64,000 nt of DNA from positions 124,001 to 188,000 of the forward strand of contig MU061579.1 of NCBI GenBank assembly GCA_013265495.1. The letters run 5' to 3'. The stretch is from Vicugna vicugna (lineage: Eukaryota). Positions 39,521-53,414 of this stretch are shown one piece after another. Below the pieces are notes generated by a model, which was given only the letters and a program-made list of their open reading frames with translations, was not told where the DNA came from and ran no database searches. Both the position numbers and the translations under genes were made by a program. How positions within the stretch are numbered: position 1 is the first letter of the stretch; the number at the start of each line of letters is the position of its first letter.

Positions 39521-40654
39521 TAAATTGTTCCTCTTGTAACTTTATTAAAATTTCATGTTATGATGTACCCTGTTCTCCTTTGTTACTCAGTTTTTTCCAT
39601 GGATAAAATCCCTTAAGAGCAATTATTGAGACACTTCCTTCATAGACTGTTTTCAAGGTAAATCCCCCATGACATTTCATTCTTCACTCAGTTCCCTTTT
39701 TCATGTTCTCCCTCCAGAATGGGAGACTATGGAAAACAAAAGAGAGCCAGTAACTTTACACAGGCTGGAACTATGGACTTGATATTAGAGACTTGAAGCA
39801 GAGTTTCTTAAAATTTCTATCTCCTGAACTGAATATAGAAAATAATCTATTTTTTTCTAAAAACGTAAGATCTAGACCTCAGTATCTAGAATATTCTGAA
39901 TTCCAGTAACAATGTTGAGTCTTATGTCTCAGAAAAATCTAAACATCCCTTCCGTCCAGGACTTACTTTCTGCCAGTTGACCCCTTCCTTGGAATATTTC
40001 CTCTGTCCACAGCCTTCTCTGTTTAGACAAGACCTCTTCTTCCTTCAGGTCTACGTTCAACTCAGAAAAATGCTTCCTTAATTTTCTTAATGTGGAAAAC
40101 ATACAAACTCTCCTCATGATGGACATATCATGAGGGGGATAAATATGAACAAAATAATTACATCTGTCATCACTATCATGACACAGAGACCTAAGGTAAA
40201 ATAAAGGTGAATTTTCCAGCAGAGGGCCAGTCCCACCTACACCCCAGCCATTTTATGAAGATTTGATGAATCACCAAAGGCAGACCTGGAGAAAGTGTGA
40301 GCCAGGAATGCCAGGGATGGAGCTGTTTCTTGTGTGTCATGTGATTCCTTCATTTGTTCTTTCATTTATCTCTGTGATACAGTTACATTGAGATGATTTT
40401 TCTCTTCTCATAAAATAAAACCAAGTGATAAGAGAGAAGCTTAAGGCAATAAATGTTCAAGTGAAAATTATTTCATCTAAAATATAATTGAGTAAATGTA
40501 AAATAGAATTTACTGATACGGATCATAAAAATTTAACCTGGAAAGGTCAATTTCTTAATCTCTTTGGAAATTTGATTATTATTTTTATTAAAAGAAGTAA
40601 AGAAAATGATACCTTCAAAGGCCAATTTAATTATTTTTCACTTTTGTTGTATTT

Positions 40655-40780
40655 CCACCTCAGCCATGTACTGTGCGACTTGGGGCAAGTGATTAATCTC
40701 TCTGTGACCAAACCCTTGCCTCATAGAGTTTTTAGGAGGTTAATATGATTCAATACATGTAAAGTACTTAGACTATTATT
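40655..40780 (+). mobile_element. MIR
   Basis: ctgtgcgacttggggcaagtgattaatctctctgtg...catgtaaagtacttag. Confidence 0.7.
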
Positions 40781-41229
40781 ATGATTGTTGTTAGTTAAAA
40801 AAAACCCTATAATTTGACACTATACCTCTTCAATTTCTTAGATATGACACTGGTACCATCAAGGAGCCCATGTATCTTGTCATTTCACCTCGCTATTTAG
40901 TAAAAATACATATTAAATAAGTTGGCATTCACTTTTTAGTAATCAATTTGCTCATGGTGGTTTCAATGCACATATCTAATTTGCTTGAAGTACAGGGAAA
41001 CTTAAAACTCAGCAAAAGTTTTGCCTGTTATGTATTGTAGATAAAATTATATGAAATAGTCTGGTTGGTTTTATTGGCTAGTACAACAAAAACTAAACTT
41101 GATTCCTTATAGTGGAAATAAGTTAGTCAATGAGCTTTCAGTAACAGTTTGGTCTACCAAACAGCATCCTAGTACATGAACAGCATCTTCCCATGATACC
41201 TGAAAATCACTCTGGATTGTGGAAGATTC

Positions 41230-41745
41230 TGAAACAACAGCTGTACCAATCAGCAGGACGCATCCCAAATGTCAATTCAGGAAGGTCTAGTAAAAGTGTA
41301 ACGTAAAGGCTGCTTACAGAGACAGAGGTGGGATGAAAAGATCCAACAAGGAAAGGGGAAACATCCTGGCACCAGCAGATGCTGGATGCCTTTACTACTG
41401 TTCGCCCAGAGGAACAATATGATAGAGGAAAATGAGTGGGACCCAGCACCTGGTGAGAGTGGCAGCTGTGGGAGTTTGATCCCCAAGGAAGAGGAAAGCA
41501 ATCATTGTAAAAACTGTAGACAATAAAGAGAGGAAGGATTCAATTCTCACTCTCTCTCTCCGTCTCTCTCTCTGTCTCTTCAGTGCACCAGTTCTCTGCT
41601 GCTGCCTCTGTGGCCCAAACCAAAACTGACGATGGAGAAGTTGGGATATTGAGATAATGTAGTCCCTGCAAGTCAGCCCCCTGCAGCCCAGAGCAAGGTG
41701 TGGAAGGAAGCCTGGAGGAAGCATCTGATGGGGAAATGGAGGTAA
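41230..41745. mobile_element. LTR33-like (ERVL) old LTR
   Basis: atgtagtccctgcaagtcagcc...cagagcaaggtgtggaagg...tctgatggggaaatggag. Confidence 0.55.
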
Positions 41746-42598
41746 GTCAGCCTTTAAGATGCCTTTATCTTACATTAAGTGAATTCAGTTAATTTTCTGC
41801 TTATAATAAAATTTGTGTAATCAATCAACATGGATAGAAAGAAAACGTATCTACATGTTTATGACACTTGATTTGTCCGGCGCAACTTTGGTGACTGAAA
41901 AATAGCACAGGATTAATTTTATTCCCTGATAAGCAAAACCTCCTTGCAAATGGTATTTAATGTATTTCTAGTCATATTAAGATTTTAAACATACTTTCTG
42001 TGTTACCCTGCAATACCACCATCTTAGAGTGTTTATGTTTCCCTTATGCTGATGTGTGTTCACTTCCTTGGACTTTTCGTTTTAATACAGTAGTATTTAT
42101 TACAGAAGCTTGGCTATAATTATGTATAATATTGCTCTTTATTGTTCAGGCCTGCAGACATTTTCAATATGGATTGAGGCTCAGGACTATCAATGTTTAG
42201 GTCTAGGACAGATAGAGCAGCAGGTAGCAAATGCCTACCTACATATTTTCATGGTTATCTCACACAATTCTAATGGTATTATAAGATGATCAAATTGACG
42301 TAATTTTTCTTTGGATTCCATGGCAAAGCCAATTTTGGATCATAAAAACAGAATGCAATTAAGGGAATACTGTATTCCAAATAAATAGGTAATTTATTTA
42401 TCATATAATATATTGTTGAATATGTATGATTTTGAATATATTTTGAACATGAATGTCTTTTTGAATATGTACGTTTGAATATGTATATTTTTGGATGTGT
42501 ATATCTAACCTGAATTTTATTTCCTGAGAAAAGAGATGATAACCTAAACTTATTTTATATGGTTGTGGTAAATGCCAAGGAGTAGCTGTTTAAGTCTG

Positions 42599-43060
42599 CA
42601 GTGCTTTTTGGTCTCAGGACCCTTTATAGCCCTAAAAATTATTGAGCATCCCCAGAATGTCTGTGTTTATGCAGGTTAAAGATATTAATATTTTGAGTTA
42701 GACATGAAAACCGAGAACAAAATAAAAATATTTATTTATTTTGAAATGATGATAAACCTATATATTAATACCTAGAACATATGTTGTGGAAAATGTATTT
42801 CACAAAACAAAATAAATTAATGAGAACAGTGACATCATTCTACAGTTTTGCAAACTTTTTGGGCATCTGGCTTGACAGAAGTCACCTGGACTCTCAGAGG
42901 TACTCCTCCGTTCAGCCTGCAGTGTGTGTGCTCTTTTGGTTGAAGTATGTGAAGAAAATCTGGTTTCATGCAGATAATGCAATTGGAAAGTGCAGAACCA
43001 TGTGGACCCTGAGAGAGTCCAAAGGACCCCCAAGGACTCCTGGGACCACACTGAGCTTTA
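42599..43060 (+). mobile_element. hAT-Charlie (Charlie4-like) DNA transposon
   Basis: cagtg...tttttggtctcaggaccctttata...aaaaattattgag start; ggaccacactgag end. Confidence 0.7.
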
Positions 43061-44436
43061 GGCCACTTTTCTGAGTAGAAAACAGTCAAAAGAGAACAAT
43101 GGACTGATTCCCTTGAACCTTATCCCCTGATTAACTAGTTCAGAAAGGAGAACAGCAATGTTCTTAGAAATGTAAATGCATGTTATCACTGAGTAATCAC
43201 ATTACCCTATAAATAAGATGCATGTGATAATGGCCTAGATTTTAACTGCTAAACCAGAGACACGCGGACGAACATGTCTAAAACCACAATTGATGTGAGA
43301 GGACGCTGAGATTTGGACTATGTCTGTTTGATTTCAAAGACTAAGCTCTTTCCACTATACCATCCTAAGGGAAATTCAGTTCATTAACAGAGTTGACTGG
43401 TGGGAATTGAGAAGGGAATAGTTTCAACTGTCATTTGATGTGGTTTAACTTTGGAATATTACTCTTCTTATGTAATATTTAAGAGTTCCATTGCCTATAT
43501 ACTTTTTATCATTGTTGTTGTTTGTTGTTTTCAGTATTTGTTTGTTGTTTTCAGTATTATTTTCAAAAGGATACTTAGGCTATACTGTGGACAATAATAT
43601 TTATCCTCGGTGAGCACAGAAATATTTGTACCCTTAGTTTTTAGAGATTCTTCAATATACGTACTTTAGTTCATTGGTTGTATCATATGCATAAAGAAGT
43701 TAGAAGTTAGCTTTTCTTCTTCTTTATTGACAGGCAGTATCATCAGTATCTCTACGTGTATCTCTGATCTTCCACAGGACTGATTATTACAAAATCCTGA
43801 CTCTTCCTAATACTTGCCTTAGAAGACACTGATATAGGGGTGTATTTTCCTCAGTTCAAAAGACTGGGTAACTCCCTTTTCCATGGTCCTGAAATTAGTG
43901 ACCATGCATTTGAAGAAAGAGAATCCATGGTTATATCCTTTAGCCTGATTTCAGTGCCATTCTTCCTCAAAATATCTTCCTTTGTGACTGGATCCATAGG
44001 CTTCCCGAGCCACCCCTGGATATCAATCCCTGACAGCGGGAGTGTTTTCCCATTAAAATACATCTGTCCATGAGGTTGGATTTGAAAGGGTTAATAATTA
44101 TTGGTCATAATTTAATTTTATGAATTCAGAGATATCATCAAACATTTGACTCTGTTTATGTTACTTTCCCTACATCCTTGGTGTGTGACTTTTATTCCTA
44201 AAATCACAAGATGGCTCCTTAGCCTTCACATTTCCCATTCTCATTCCAGGCAAAGAAAGCTTACATTGTAGTTCTGTGAGGCAGACTGTTAAACAAACAA
44301 GTAAAATAGTTAAAATGGGATTGAGATGACAAAGAGGAAGGGTGCCATTTTAAAGACTATGGTGAGAGTAGACCTCAATAATAATAAAACATTTGGATGG
44401 AGACTTGGAAGTGTTGAAAGATGAAACCATTTGGAT

Positions 44437-44980
44437 ATTTTTTTTACACCTTTATTGTTGTATGGTTCCTGTACAGTAAACTACACATATTTCAAATATA
44501 CAATTTGATGAATTTTGATAGATGTATACACCAGTGAAACCACCACCACAATCAAGATAGCTAGCTAACATTTCTATCACTCCCCAAGAGGTGCAATTTT
44601 CGAATTCCCAATGTATCCCTTCTCACTCCCTCTACCCGCTGGTAACCATGTTTGTTCTCTATGTCTGTGAATCTGTTTCTGTTCTGTAGATAAGTTCATT
44701 TGTGTCCTTTTTTTAGATTCCACATGTAAGTGATACCATATGGCATTTTTCTTTCTCTTTCTGGCTTACTTCACTTAGAATGACAATCTCCATTAATGTT
44801 GCTGCAAATGGCATTTTTATGGCTGAGTAGTATTCCATTGTATAAATATACCACAACTTCTTTATCCAGTCATTTGTCAGTGGACATTTGGGCTGTTTCC
44901 ATGTCTTGGCTGTTGTAAATAGTGCAACCATGAATATTGGGATGCATGTGTCTTTTTGAATTAAATTTTTCTCTGGATGG
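44437..44980 (-). mobile_element. Composite L1 3' fragment (L1MB-like tail 44437-44590 joined to younger L1 ORF2 end/3' UTR), inside an L2
   Basis: Minus-strand ORF KDTCIPIFMVALFTTAKTWKQPKCP; L2-like flanks at ~44270-44430 and ~44985-45240. Confidence 0.8.
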
Positions 44981-45606
44981 ATTTCTGAGGTAGTTAAAGG
45001 AAATGATAAATCAGAATTCTGAGACAGAGTGTCCAGAGTAAGTGCAGTGATCATCATGGGGTGGAGGTGAGCAGAGAGGAATGAGCTAGAGGTTCCATAA
45101 TAGGAGATGTGGTCAGAGATGTAAAGCAGGTTGAATAGGGCTTTTAGGACATGGTTATAAGTTTACCCTTTCCTATAAAATGGTAAATCATTGGGATAAG
45201 TGTAGAGAGTTGGAGGAACTTGAAGAGAGGATCTGCCATACTATGCTAAATAACATTAAAAATGGTATATGAAATAATTTACTCACCATAACAGTACTCT
45301 GTTATGTATGTTGTTTCATTTAGTGTTCATGATAAAGGCTGAAATATATAGATAAGGCAGATATCATTCTCTTTTTTTATAAGGGAGGAGATGAAGCTCA
45401 GTAAACATATGCTGCTTATAAAAAAATTAACCAGCTTATTAATAGCAGAGCTGGGACACAGACCCAAATGCTGGCCTCCTGCTCCAGAAGGAATTTCCAC
45501 CATGCCTTGCTGCCATATTTGTCCTTTCAATGTGGGTATCATTCTATATTTATTTTTACTGTTTTGGAAGTAAGTAAATTTTTATTTTATTTTTGACTCA
45601 TATATT

Positions 45607-45942
45607 TGCTAAGAGATAAACTGAGGCATATTGAAATTTTTGAGAATATATTTGAGCAGAAATTGATTCCACTTGGCCAGTGCCAAACCAGAAGTGGTGA
45701 GGAGTGCTCCACCAACAGGAGCTGGGGGAGAGACAGCTCTATAGAGAAAAGGGAGAAGCAAAGAAAGGAAATTATTGATTGGCGATAGCTTAACGTCTAG
45801 TTGGCTATTTGTAGTTGGTTGTCCTTAGGTTTCAGTTTCATAACGTTGAGGTATTTATAAGCTTAGATTTTGGTTCGCTTAAGCAGGTCACCATGGCATT
45901 AGAGACTCCTCAGTTTAAGGACTTTCTTGTTTAGTTAACTTA
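45607..45942 (-). mobile_element. ERV1 (MER4-group-like) solo LTR
   Basis: tgctaagagataaactgaggcata start; minus-strand aaccaa/gccaatc boxes typical of this group. Confidence 0.6.
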
Positions 45943-46894
45943 CTCTTTGAAAGCTTTGCTTTCTGGAAATTCTCATGCAGTGAATTAGCAGCTGTTGAGA
46001 CTGATAGAACTTTGTTGAGCTTCAGCTTTATCTTTTTTTCCAATATAAAAGCATCTGCATGAATAAGAAGAGTAACAATTTCTCCATATTGTCATGAGTT
46101 TAATGGAAGATAGCATTAACAATCCTGTCTAAACCAGGTGGATAAAAAACAACCTCTATCCACCCTTGTTCTGATAGTGTTGACTTCAGAACACAAGTTG
46201 TCAGTCCCATAAGACATGCTTAATTCTGGGCCCCACACTCAAGTGGAAAATATCTGCCAATCACTTAGAACACTCTGCCAAGTGCCACCTTTGCACCCTT
46301 GTACAACTGGTAATTTTAATGGCATCCTTTTTTATTCCCTTCTCGGATGCATGGTGAACTGGCTGCTTTAACATTAGACTTATTTTCTCTAACAACTTTC
46401 AAAAGATGTTTTGATTGAATATATAATATGAGTTTAGAGGCTAGGTGTTTAAAAAAAATTTACCTATTATAAAAATTCTGTATGATTATTAGCAATCATT
46501 TGGAATATTCATAAATATAAAGATAAAAATTTATCTCCTCACCATTAAAATAATTACATTAGAATGCTTGCATAATAAACACACATATTTGAAATCTTAA
46601 TTAATAGTCTTGCATTTTTTCACTAGATAATATATCATAAATATTCTCCTAAGCAGCTTATTAATTTTCAAAAACATGATGGGTAAAATATCCCATACTG
46701 TGGATTATGGTGATTTTATTAAGGATAACATCACTGGAAATTTTGGAAAGATATTAGTAGTAAGCAAAATATTTTGAATATTGTATATTCATTCTCAAAT
46801 TGCTTTCCAATAAAGTTTGTAATGACTTATCCTCCTGAATGAAGTCTATGAGAATTCTTATCTCACTATATCCTTGCCTCTAGTATTGAATATT

Positions 46895-47370
46895 GTCATT
46901 GCAGCTGGCTTTGATCCTCATGTTTGATGGCTGCAGGAAAGCTGCTCCACTTCTAAAATCCTATTTATGTTTTGGGCAGTTGGAAGCATAAAGTTAGAGA
47001 GAAAATAGCTGAGTCTGCCCATAGTGTATATATATTTTTTCCAGTAGATACCTTCTCATCCCCAGCAGCATTCTGTTTCTGTTCATAAAGGAAAAAGAAG
47101 ACTGAACCTTGAGTTAGCAAGTCACAGTGTCTGCTGTGGAGGTCAGTATTACATCGCCACTAGACAAAGCAAGTTCATGTCTCAGCCCTGGTGTTTACCA
47201 GCTGTATCTTTTTGTGCAAGCAGCTTCATCTCTTCAGTCTCAGCTTTTTATCCATCAAATGGGGCAAGTAATAGTGCCACAATTACATGATTTTAAAGAG
47301 GATTAAACAAATTATTATAAAAAAGTTGATCATGTATCTGACATTTTGAAGGCATTTTATTAAATGTGTA
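46895..47370. mobile_element. MaLR (MLT1-like) fragment followed by a MIR (~47170-47370)
   Basis: ggaaagctgctccacttc; ctcagctttttatccatcaaatgggg. Confidence 0.5.
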
Positions 47371-48171
47371 CAATTGTAATAACTATAATTACTATGCCCA
47401 TAAGACTTTTAGATGTCATGATATTTTAAAGATAGACATATTCATATTTTATACATTTTATGTTTTGTCCCTGTCATTAGAAATATTCATATCTTCTAAC
47501 TGGTTTTAAAGGGAAATAAAGGAAGACTTAACTTTTGTATATTTCTTAATAAATTTCCAATCCTAAATCAATTAGATTTTCTATATAGTCCTAACACCTT
47601 ATCTCCCCTTTCTCAAAAGTTATAGCTTAATTTTCTTATCATGTATTATTACTTTGACTAATGTTTCTAAGGCAGTGTTGTGAAATGATGTAGATCCAAA
47701 TATGACAAAAACAAGAAGAAAAAAGAAACATACAACCATAAATTGGCAAATGTTATGCTGTATGATAAGCATATTCATTATGAGATAACTTAAAGACGCA
47801 ACAGAATGATATAAAGTGGCACTAATTAATTCAAGTATTTTTAGAAATAATTACATTTTGAACATTTTACATAAAGTAACATAAGAAGAAACAGGTAGAA
47901 TAAAAGAAACAATGAGTTAATTTTTATGGTAGCTAAATTCCTCAATGTAAAAATCTGTATGGGACTGAATAGATTTTGTGGATAAATTCTATAAAACGGG
48001 GTATAGCTACAATAATCATGTTAGAAGAAAATCTTCCAAATTCACTTTATAAAAGCTAACATGATTTTGATACAGAAATATAACAAAATCCCTATTGAAT
48101 CAGTCACCCCAAAGTTAATACTGTATGATAGAATTCAATATTGAAGATTATGTTGTAAGTTATCAGTAATA

Positions 48172-48392
48172 CAGTTGAGCCCTGAACAACATGGTGTTAG
48201 GGGTGCTGCCCCCCCATACAGTTGAAAATCTGAATATAACTTTACAGTCAATCCTCCTCTGTAGCCACAGGCCAAATCTACAGTTTCAACCAACAGTGAA
48301 TGGTATGCTTTTTAGTATGTGTTTATTGAAAAAAATATCCACACATAAGTGGACCCATGGAGTTCAAACCTATGTTGTTCAAGAGGCAACTG
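48172..48392 (-). mobile_element. Tigger2-derived non-autonomous Tc1/mariner element
   Basis: TIRs CAGTTGAGCCCTGAACAACAT / ATGTTGTTCAAGAGGCAACTG; TA target duplication on both sides. Confidence 0.9.
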
Positions 48393-48580
48393 TACTTAAA
48401 AGCAGTTCTTGGCAATTGGAAAGCAAAAGCTTTTAAATTATTTTAAATCTTTTTTATTATCTCATATAATAAAAAAGCATTTTGTATTATCTTACATAAT
48501 AAAAAGCAGAAGTATTATTTCTTTGAAAGTTCTTACTTATCTGGAAAAACACAAACATTTAGTAAAATATTATTGACCCC

Positions 48581-49129
48581 TGTCAAAGGAAAAGTTGCAC
48601 CGAACAAAGTAAAACAGTCGAGGAAGACTTTATTCACTACTGCAAAAGGGGAGAAAGGCCAGAATTCAGTCTGTGCTCAACTTTGCCAAAAAGAAAGGGC
48701 TGGGGAGAATTTTTAAGAGCTGGAGTGGGGGACTCTTAGCCCACCTTTGTTTGCGAATTGGCCTTATCCAAAGGAAAAGTAAACTTTCTCTTAGCTTTCT
48801 GGTGGGAGGTTGAACAACTTAACATGATGGGTGAAGCTGGGCTCCTACCTTCTCACAGAAACTTGAAGATAGGGGTGGTGCCAGGGGGCTATCTTGCTTG
48901 ATGATTATATTTCAAAGAGATGGTTCCCATGTCCTTCAGAAAGACATTCCTGGGTTGTAACACTGGCAAGAAGTTTTTAAAAACATAATATCTCAAAGGG
49001 GAAGGGAGAAGAGTTAACAGGTCTTCCAAAGTAAATGTTTTCAGAAAAGGCAGTTCAGGTTATAGAGTCAGGAAGAAGTCTGTCTAAAGTTTAGTCAAAT
49101 TGAAGGAAATGCTAAAGCCATCCCAGTTA
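48581..49129 (-). mobile_element. MER31/MER67-like ERV1 solo LTR
   Basis: Minus strand ttgactaaactttagacagacttcttcctgact; flanks CCCC/CTCC. Confidence 0.75.
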
Positions 49130-51809
49130 CTCCACACAGGAATATATAGACTATAAATATGAATGATGTACATATTTGACAAAATAGAAGATATAATAAT
49201 ACAATAGAAAAACAGTTTCCTTTCATAAAAACAGAAGACAAAATTTAAGAATAAATCAAAGAGAACTGTACAGAAACCTTTTAAAAATACAGAAAAGTTA
49301 ACTAAAGAATTTCAAATTAGACTTCCATAAAATAATTTTTCCTAAGTTCATGAATGGGAATACTCAACATCATAAAGGTTATGTAAAATACAAAACTAAA
49401 AATAAAATAATTAATGGAATTAAAATGTAAAATTCAATAGGATTTTAGCTTGGTATTTGACTTAATAATATAAATGTTTATTTGACAAAATAAAGGCATA
49501 AAGTGGACAAAGCATATTTTGAAAAAGAGGATAATTAAAATTTAATTTGTTGTATCAGTTTTGAAAACGTGTTGGTAAAAGTTCTGTGATGGTAGTAGTG
49601 CTGTAAACATGGAGACAGAGCATGGAACAGTGCAGGAAGTATCAATATTTAGGTAAGGACTTTGTGATACAGATGGCATTACAAATCTGTTAGGAAACAG
49701 ATTGGTTATTACATTAGCGGCAGTATGATAGCTCGTGATGCGCGTTACAGGTTCTCAGGATTTTCAGATTCAAAGACATCAAGCAAAGTGTTACATGTAG
49801 GGGCTGTGACGTCAAGTTGAAGGGTGAGATTCTCAGCTCTCACTCCAGAACTTTGGGAAATTCTCTTTTCCACTGTGTGCTCAGTCTCTTTCAAAAAATG
49901 GGCATTGTAATAGTCATTGATCCTTAGATGTTTTTAAAGATTACATCAAATATATATTATTTAGCACTTACACAATGACTAACATATATTATAATTTCCT
50001 TAAATATAAACTATTTGTGTATCATTAGTTACAAATGAATGACGGTATTTCCAGTATTCTTGGTCTTAACCTTTTATCATCAAGTACTTGTAGATATTAC
50101 TGTATTGTCAGTTAGAATGTAGTATACCAATCAGCTAAGCATATTTTCATTAAACAACTGTTTATAGATTGCCTAGCAATTTTCTAGGCATTTTGGGAGA
50201 CAACAGTGTGCCAGGCAAGGTTAAGTTGATTAGGTTAACAAAGATAATACATAACTAAGTGAATAAATAAGGTATTAGCCAGAAACAAATTCAACTCTGA
50301 GAATTAAATAGGTTGTTGGAATATTGAGGGGTTGTTAAAACAATGGTAATAAGCCAGCACTGCTGCAGTGCACTGGGCAAAGAGGAAACTGATGGGATAC
50401 GCAGCTTTAGAGGGAGGCGGGTGCTGGATACTGGTTTCAAAAGCCAGGAAACGGAGTTAGAATTATATGCTCATAGGATGGAGAACTATTAGAATGTTTT
50501 GAGTAAGAAAGTGTAAGAAAAGGACAAGTATCAGCAACGGTCTGAAAGCTAGAATAGTTAGTATATTGACTTAGATTCTTCTTCTTTTATAAAAAGAAAA
50601 GATTATTCATGTCTTGAATCACCAAGAGACAAATAACATTGGGAACCTAAATTAGAACTTTTTGAAGTTGGTTAAATCTAGGTCCAGAGGCACAAGTTTA
50701 TATTGATGCACAGTGTAAATGAATTACTCTCAGGCCCTGGCAATTATGGCATATTGAGTATGCAATAATTATAGTATAATGAGATAATGAAGAGACTCTG
50801 TCAGGCTTTTTGAGGCAGAGAGGCTTGAGGATACAAATATTTGAAAACAGAGAATACCAATTAGTTTTCATGCTGTCCTATTAGTAGGACAGAGAATTAC
50901 ATTTTGTCAATTCTGTGGTGAAAGGAGGGCAGGAGGGAAACAAAATGTAGCTCACATGGCGGTGTTCGTGTTGAACAAGTCATGGCCATTATATGCTGGA
51001 AACAACAAAGTAATTAAAAATCAGATTTCCCTGCCAGCAAAAGCCACCTCTGAACTATTGTGACACAAGTGATACACAGGACGATGCTGCTGGCTGATTC
51101 CTGTATTCTCTCTATTTGCTTGAAATCAGGATCCCCAGTGTGATATTTATCAGTACGTCTGTAAAAAAAAAAAAAAAATTAGCATCAATTTTTGTTAATT
51201 ACCATCATATTTATGTCCTAGCTGTTTGATCTCTACCAGGCCTGGAAGGGTCGATTAAACTGTATTTAAATTTATTCTGCTTCATAGGTGTCCAGTAAAA
51301 TGAACACTGTAAGTAGCTGTGCTCTAGGGTTAATTTGTTCTGTAAAATTACCCATATCTCCAGAGTATTCATTAGTGGAATAAAACAGAGAACTAATCTA
51401 GATGCTGAAGGATTATCATTATTGCCATACGGATATCGTTGATAAATTTCCAACTGGGATTACCTCCCAGGGCCTGAATAAACAACGTAGAGTATATCAA
51501 ATCTCAGCTCGCACATATATCTTGCAAAAAATACAGATGAAATTGCTGAGAATTGCAGGCCAGTCAAAACATTATGAAGCTACTTGCTGCAGTAATTTAT
51601 TGAAGAGTTTTTCAATGACATTTTGATGCTCAACAGATAACTCTAGCGAGTGTTATTAAGACATAAATTAAACCTAAAATTCTACTGTAACACTCAGCAC
51701 ATTTCAACTATTCAAATGCATTTTCAAGCATCCTTTGGCCTTTTGAGACTGATAATAACATAAAAGTTGATAGTTCCTATAGGAATCAAAGTACGTTGTA
51801 GCTTTAAAA

Positions 51810-51837
51810 TACACACACACACACACACACATACACA
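51810..51837. repeat. (CA)n microsatellite
   Basis: Read directly from the sequence. Confidence 0.9.
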
Positions 51838-53414
51838 GAAGAAAAGGAAAATTAAGATCACATTAATATCTGTCACCTTTTGGAAATAGAAATACTGTAA
51901 ATTTTGCTATAATTTCTTATTTTTAAAATTTTTGTTCTTTGCATTTTCATAGTTGTATTACAAAATACTCATGCTGTAGAGATGGTGTGTACAAAGTTAA
52001 ACACGAAAGCTCTCAGCTCCTATTCATACTCTTCATTCTCCATGTTAGTTGGTTGTGGCTTGCTGTGAATTTTTCCACTTCTTGTTCTATTCATTGTCTT
52101 GCCTATACTGTCCATTCATCGGTTTAGAATTTTTACTCAAATTGGATGAAGCTTTGATTTATTTTTTCCTGCAGTTTGATATTTTTAGCTTAATATTTTG
52201 AGTTGGAGCAATTCCTTGAGGAAGACCAGGTAACTCACAGGATAGAAAGAAGAAATGAACCTTTGGGCAGCTCTTCTGTTAATACCAGTAGCAGTAGTTT
52301 GCTGATCATCCAGGGCCCTGACATTAGGTAGAAAACCCTTTAATTTTTCTATGCTAATTAAATTTTAAAACAGTAGAACTATTATAGAACATGAATATGT
52401 ATAAAGAGCCTTTTTTGTTTAACATTGCATCACTAGTATTTCCCCATATCGTGACACTGTAATTTTAAAATTTTCATGTGGTCCATTGTATGCAGTCACC
52501 ATCATATACCTAAGTATTACATTATTACATCTTTCCGTCTTTAACATTAGAGTTTTTTTTTTCCTGCCAATAAATCAGGCTGTGATTCATATTTTGGAGC
52601 ATAAATCTTTTTTCCCAGTTGAGTTCAATTTCTTAGCATAGATTCTCATGAGTGAAATTACGTTTTAAAACTATTAACACTTTCAAATCATCTGTAACTT
52701 TTCATTTAAATTGAGGTTAAAGAAAGAATTCTTTTCTTTAAAGCCCAAAAATGATATTAAGAGCAATTGTGGTCGCCTAATGAAATGAAAGCCTTTTAAT
52801 TGTTTTGTTTTAAATGCTCCAGCTGATTATATTTTCATGATTACTGTTCATTAATGCTGATTATCTCTCATGGCTACCAGACTTATTATGTCCTTGGAAC
52901 TGCTCTGGCTCTACACTGCTAATTGCATTTTTGCTAGTAGCTCTATTTATTTAGAATTCCTAGTGCATGTTCAAGTGCATTGAAAGAATAGATATCTCAA
53001 AAACATTATACGGAAATTGAATCAGCTAACACTTTGCTGACAATATTGAGAACCCTACTTGATCATCCACTAATAAGAAAAAAAAGGCTCATATTTATAT
53101 CATTTTCCCCTCCACACCAATCTTACATTGTGTCTAATTGGTATCTCTGTATTAGTTAGGCTTCAGTAGCAAATTGAATTTGTAAGAAAAAGTTGGAGTA
53201 ACTCAGAGAAGTGAAGAAAGAGCTGAGCAAACAATTTTGGAGAAGTCTGTTGACCTCTTCAGGCAGCTGCCATTAATACAAGTAGTTGCAGTGATTCCCA
53301 GTTTTTGCTGTTTCCCAGTCTAAATTTCATATATCCAATAATAAGTGTTCAATTAAGTTAGTCGTGATCCAAATACAGATTTTTTTTTACACCTTGAATC
53401 ACTCTTTGGTAGAA

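Larger units (their letters stand above)
47700..49720 (+). mobile_element. Very old L1 (L1ME-like) ORF2 remnants hosting a Tigger and an LTR
   Basis: A-rich; ttccaaattcactttataaaagctaacatgattttgatac; gttcatgaatgggaatactcaacat. Confidence 0.55.

Noticed and set aside
43851..44063. Protein-looking 70-aa minus-strand ORF
   Set aside because: No recognisable family or splice signals; could be chance or a decayed ancient LINE
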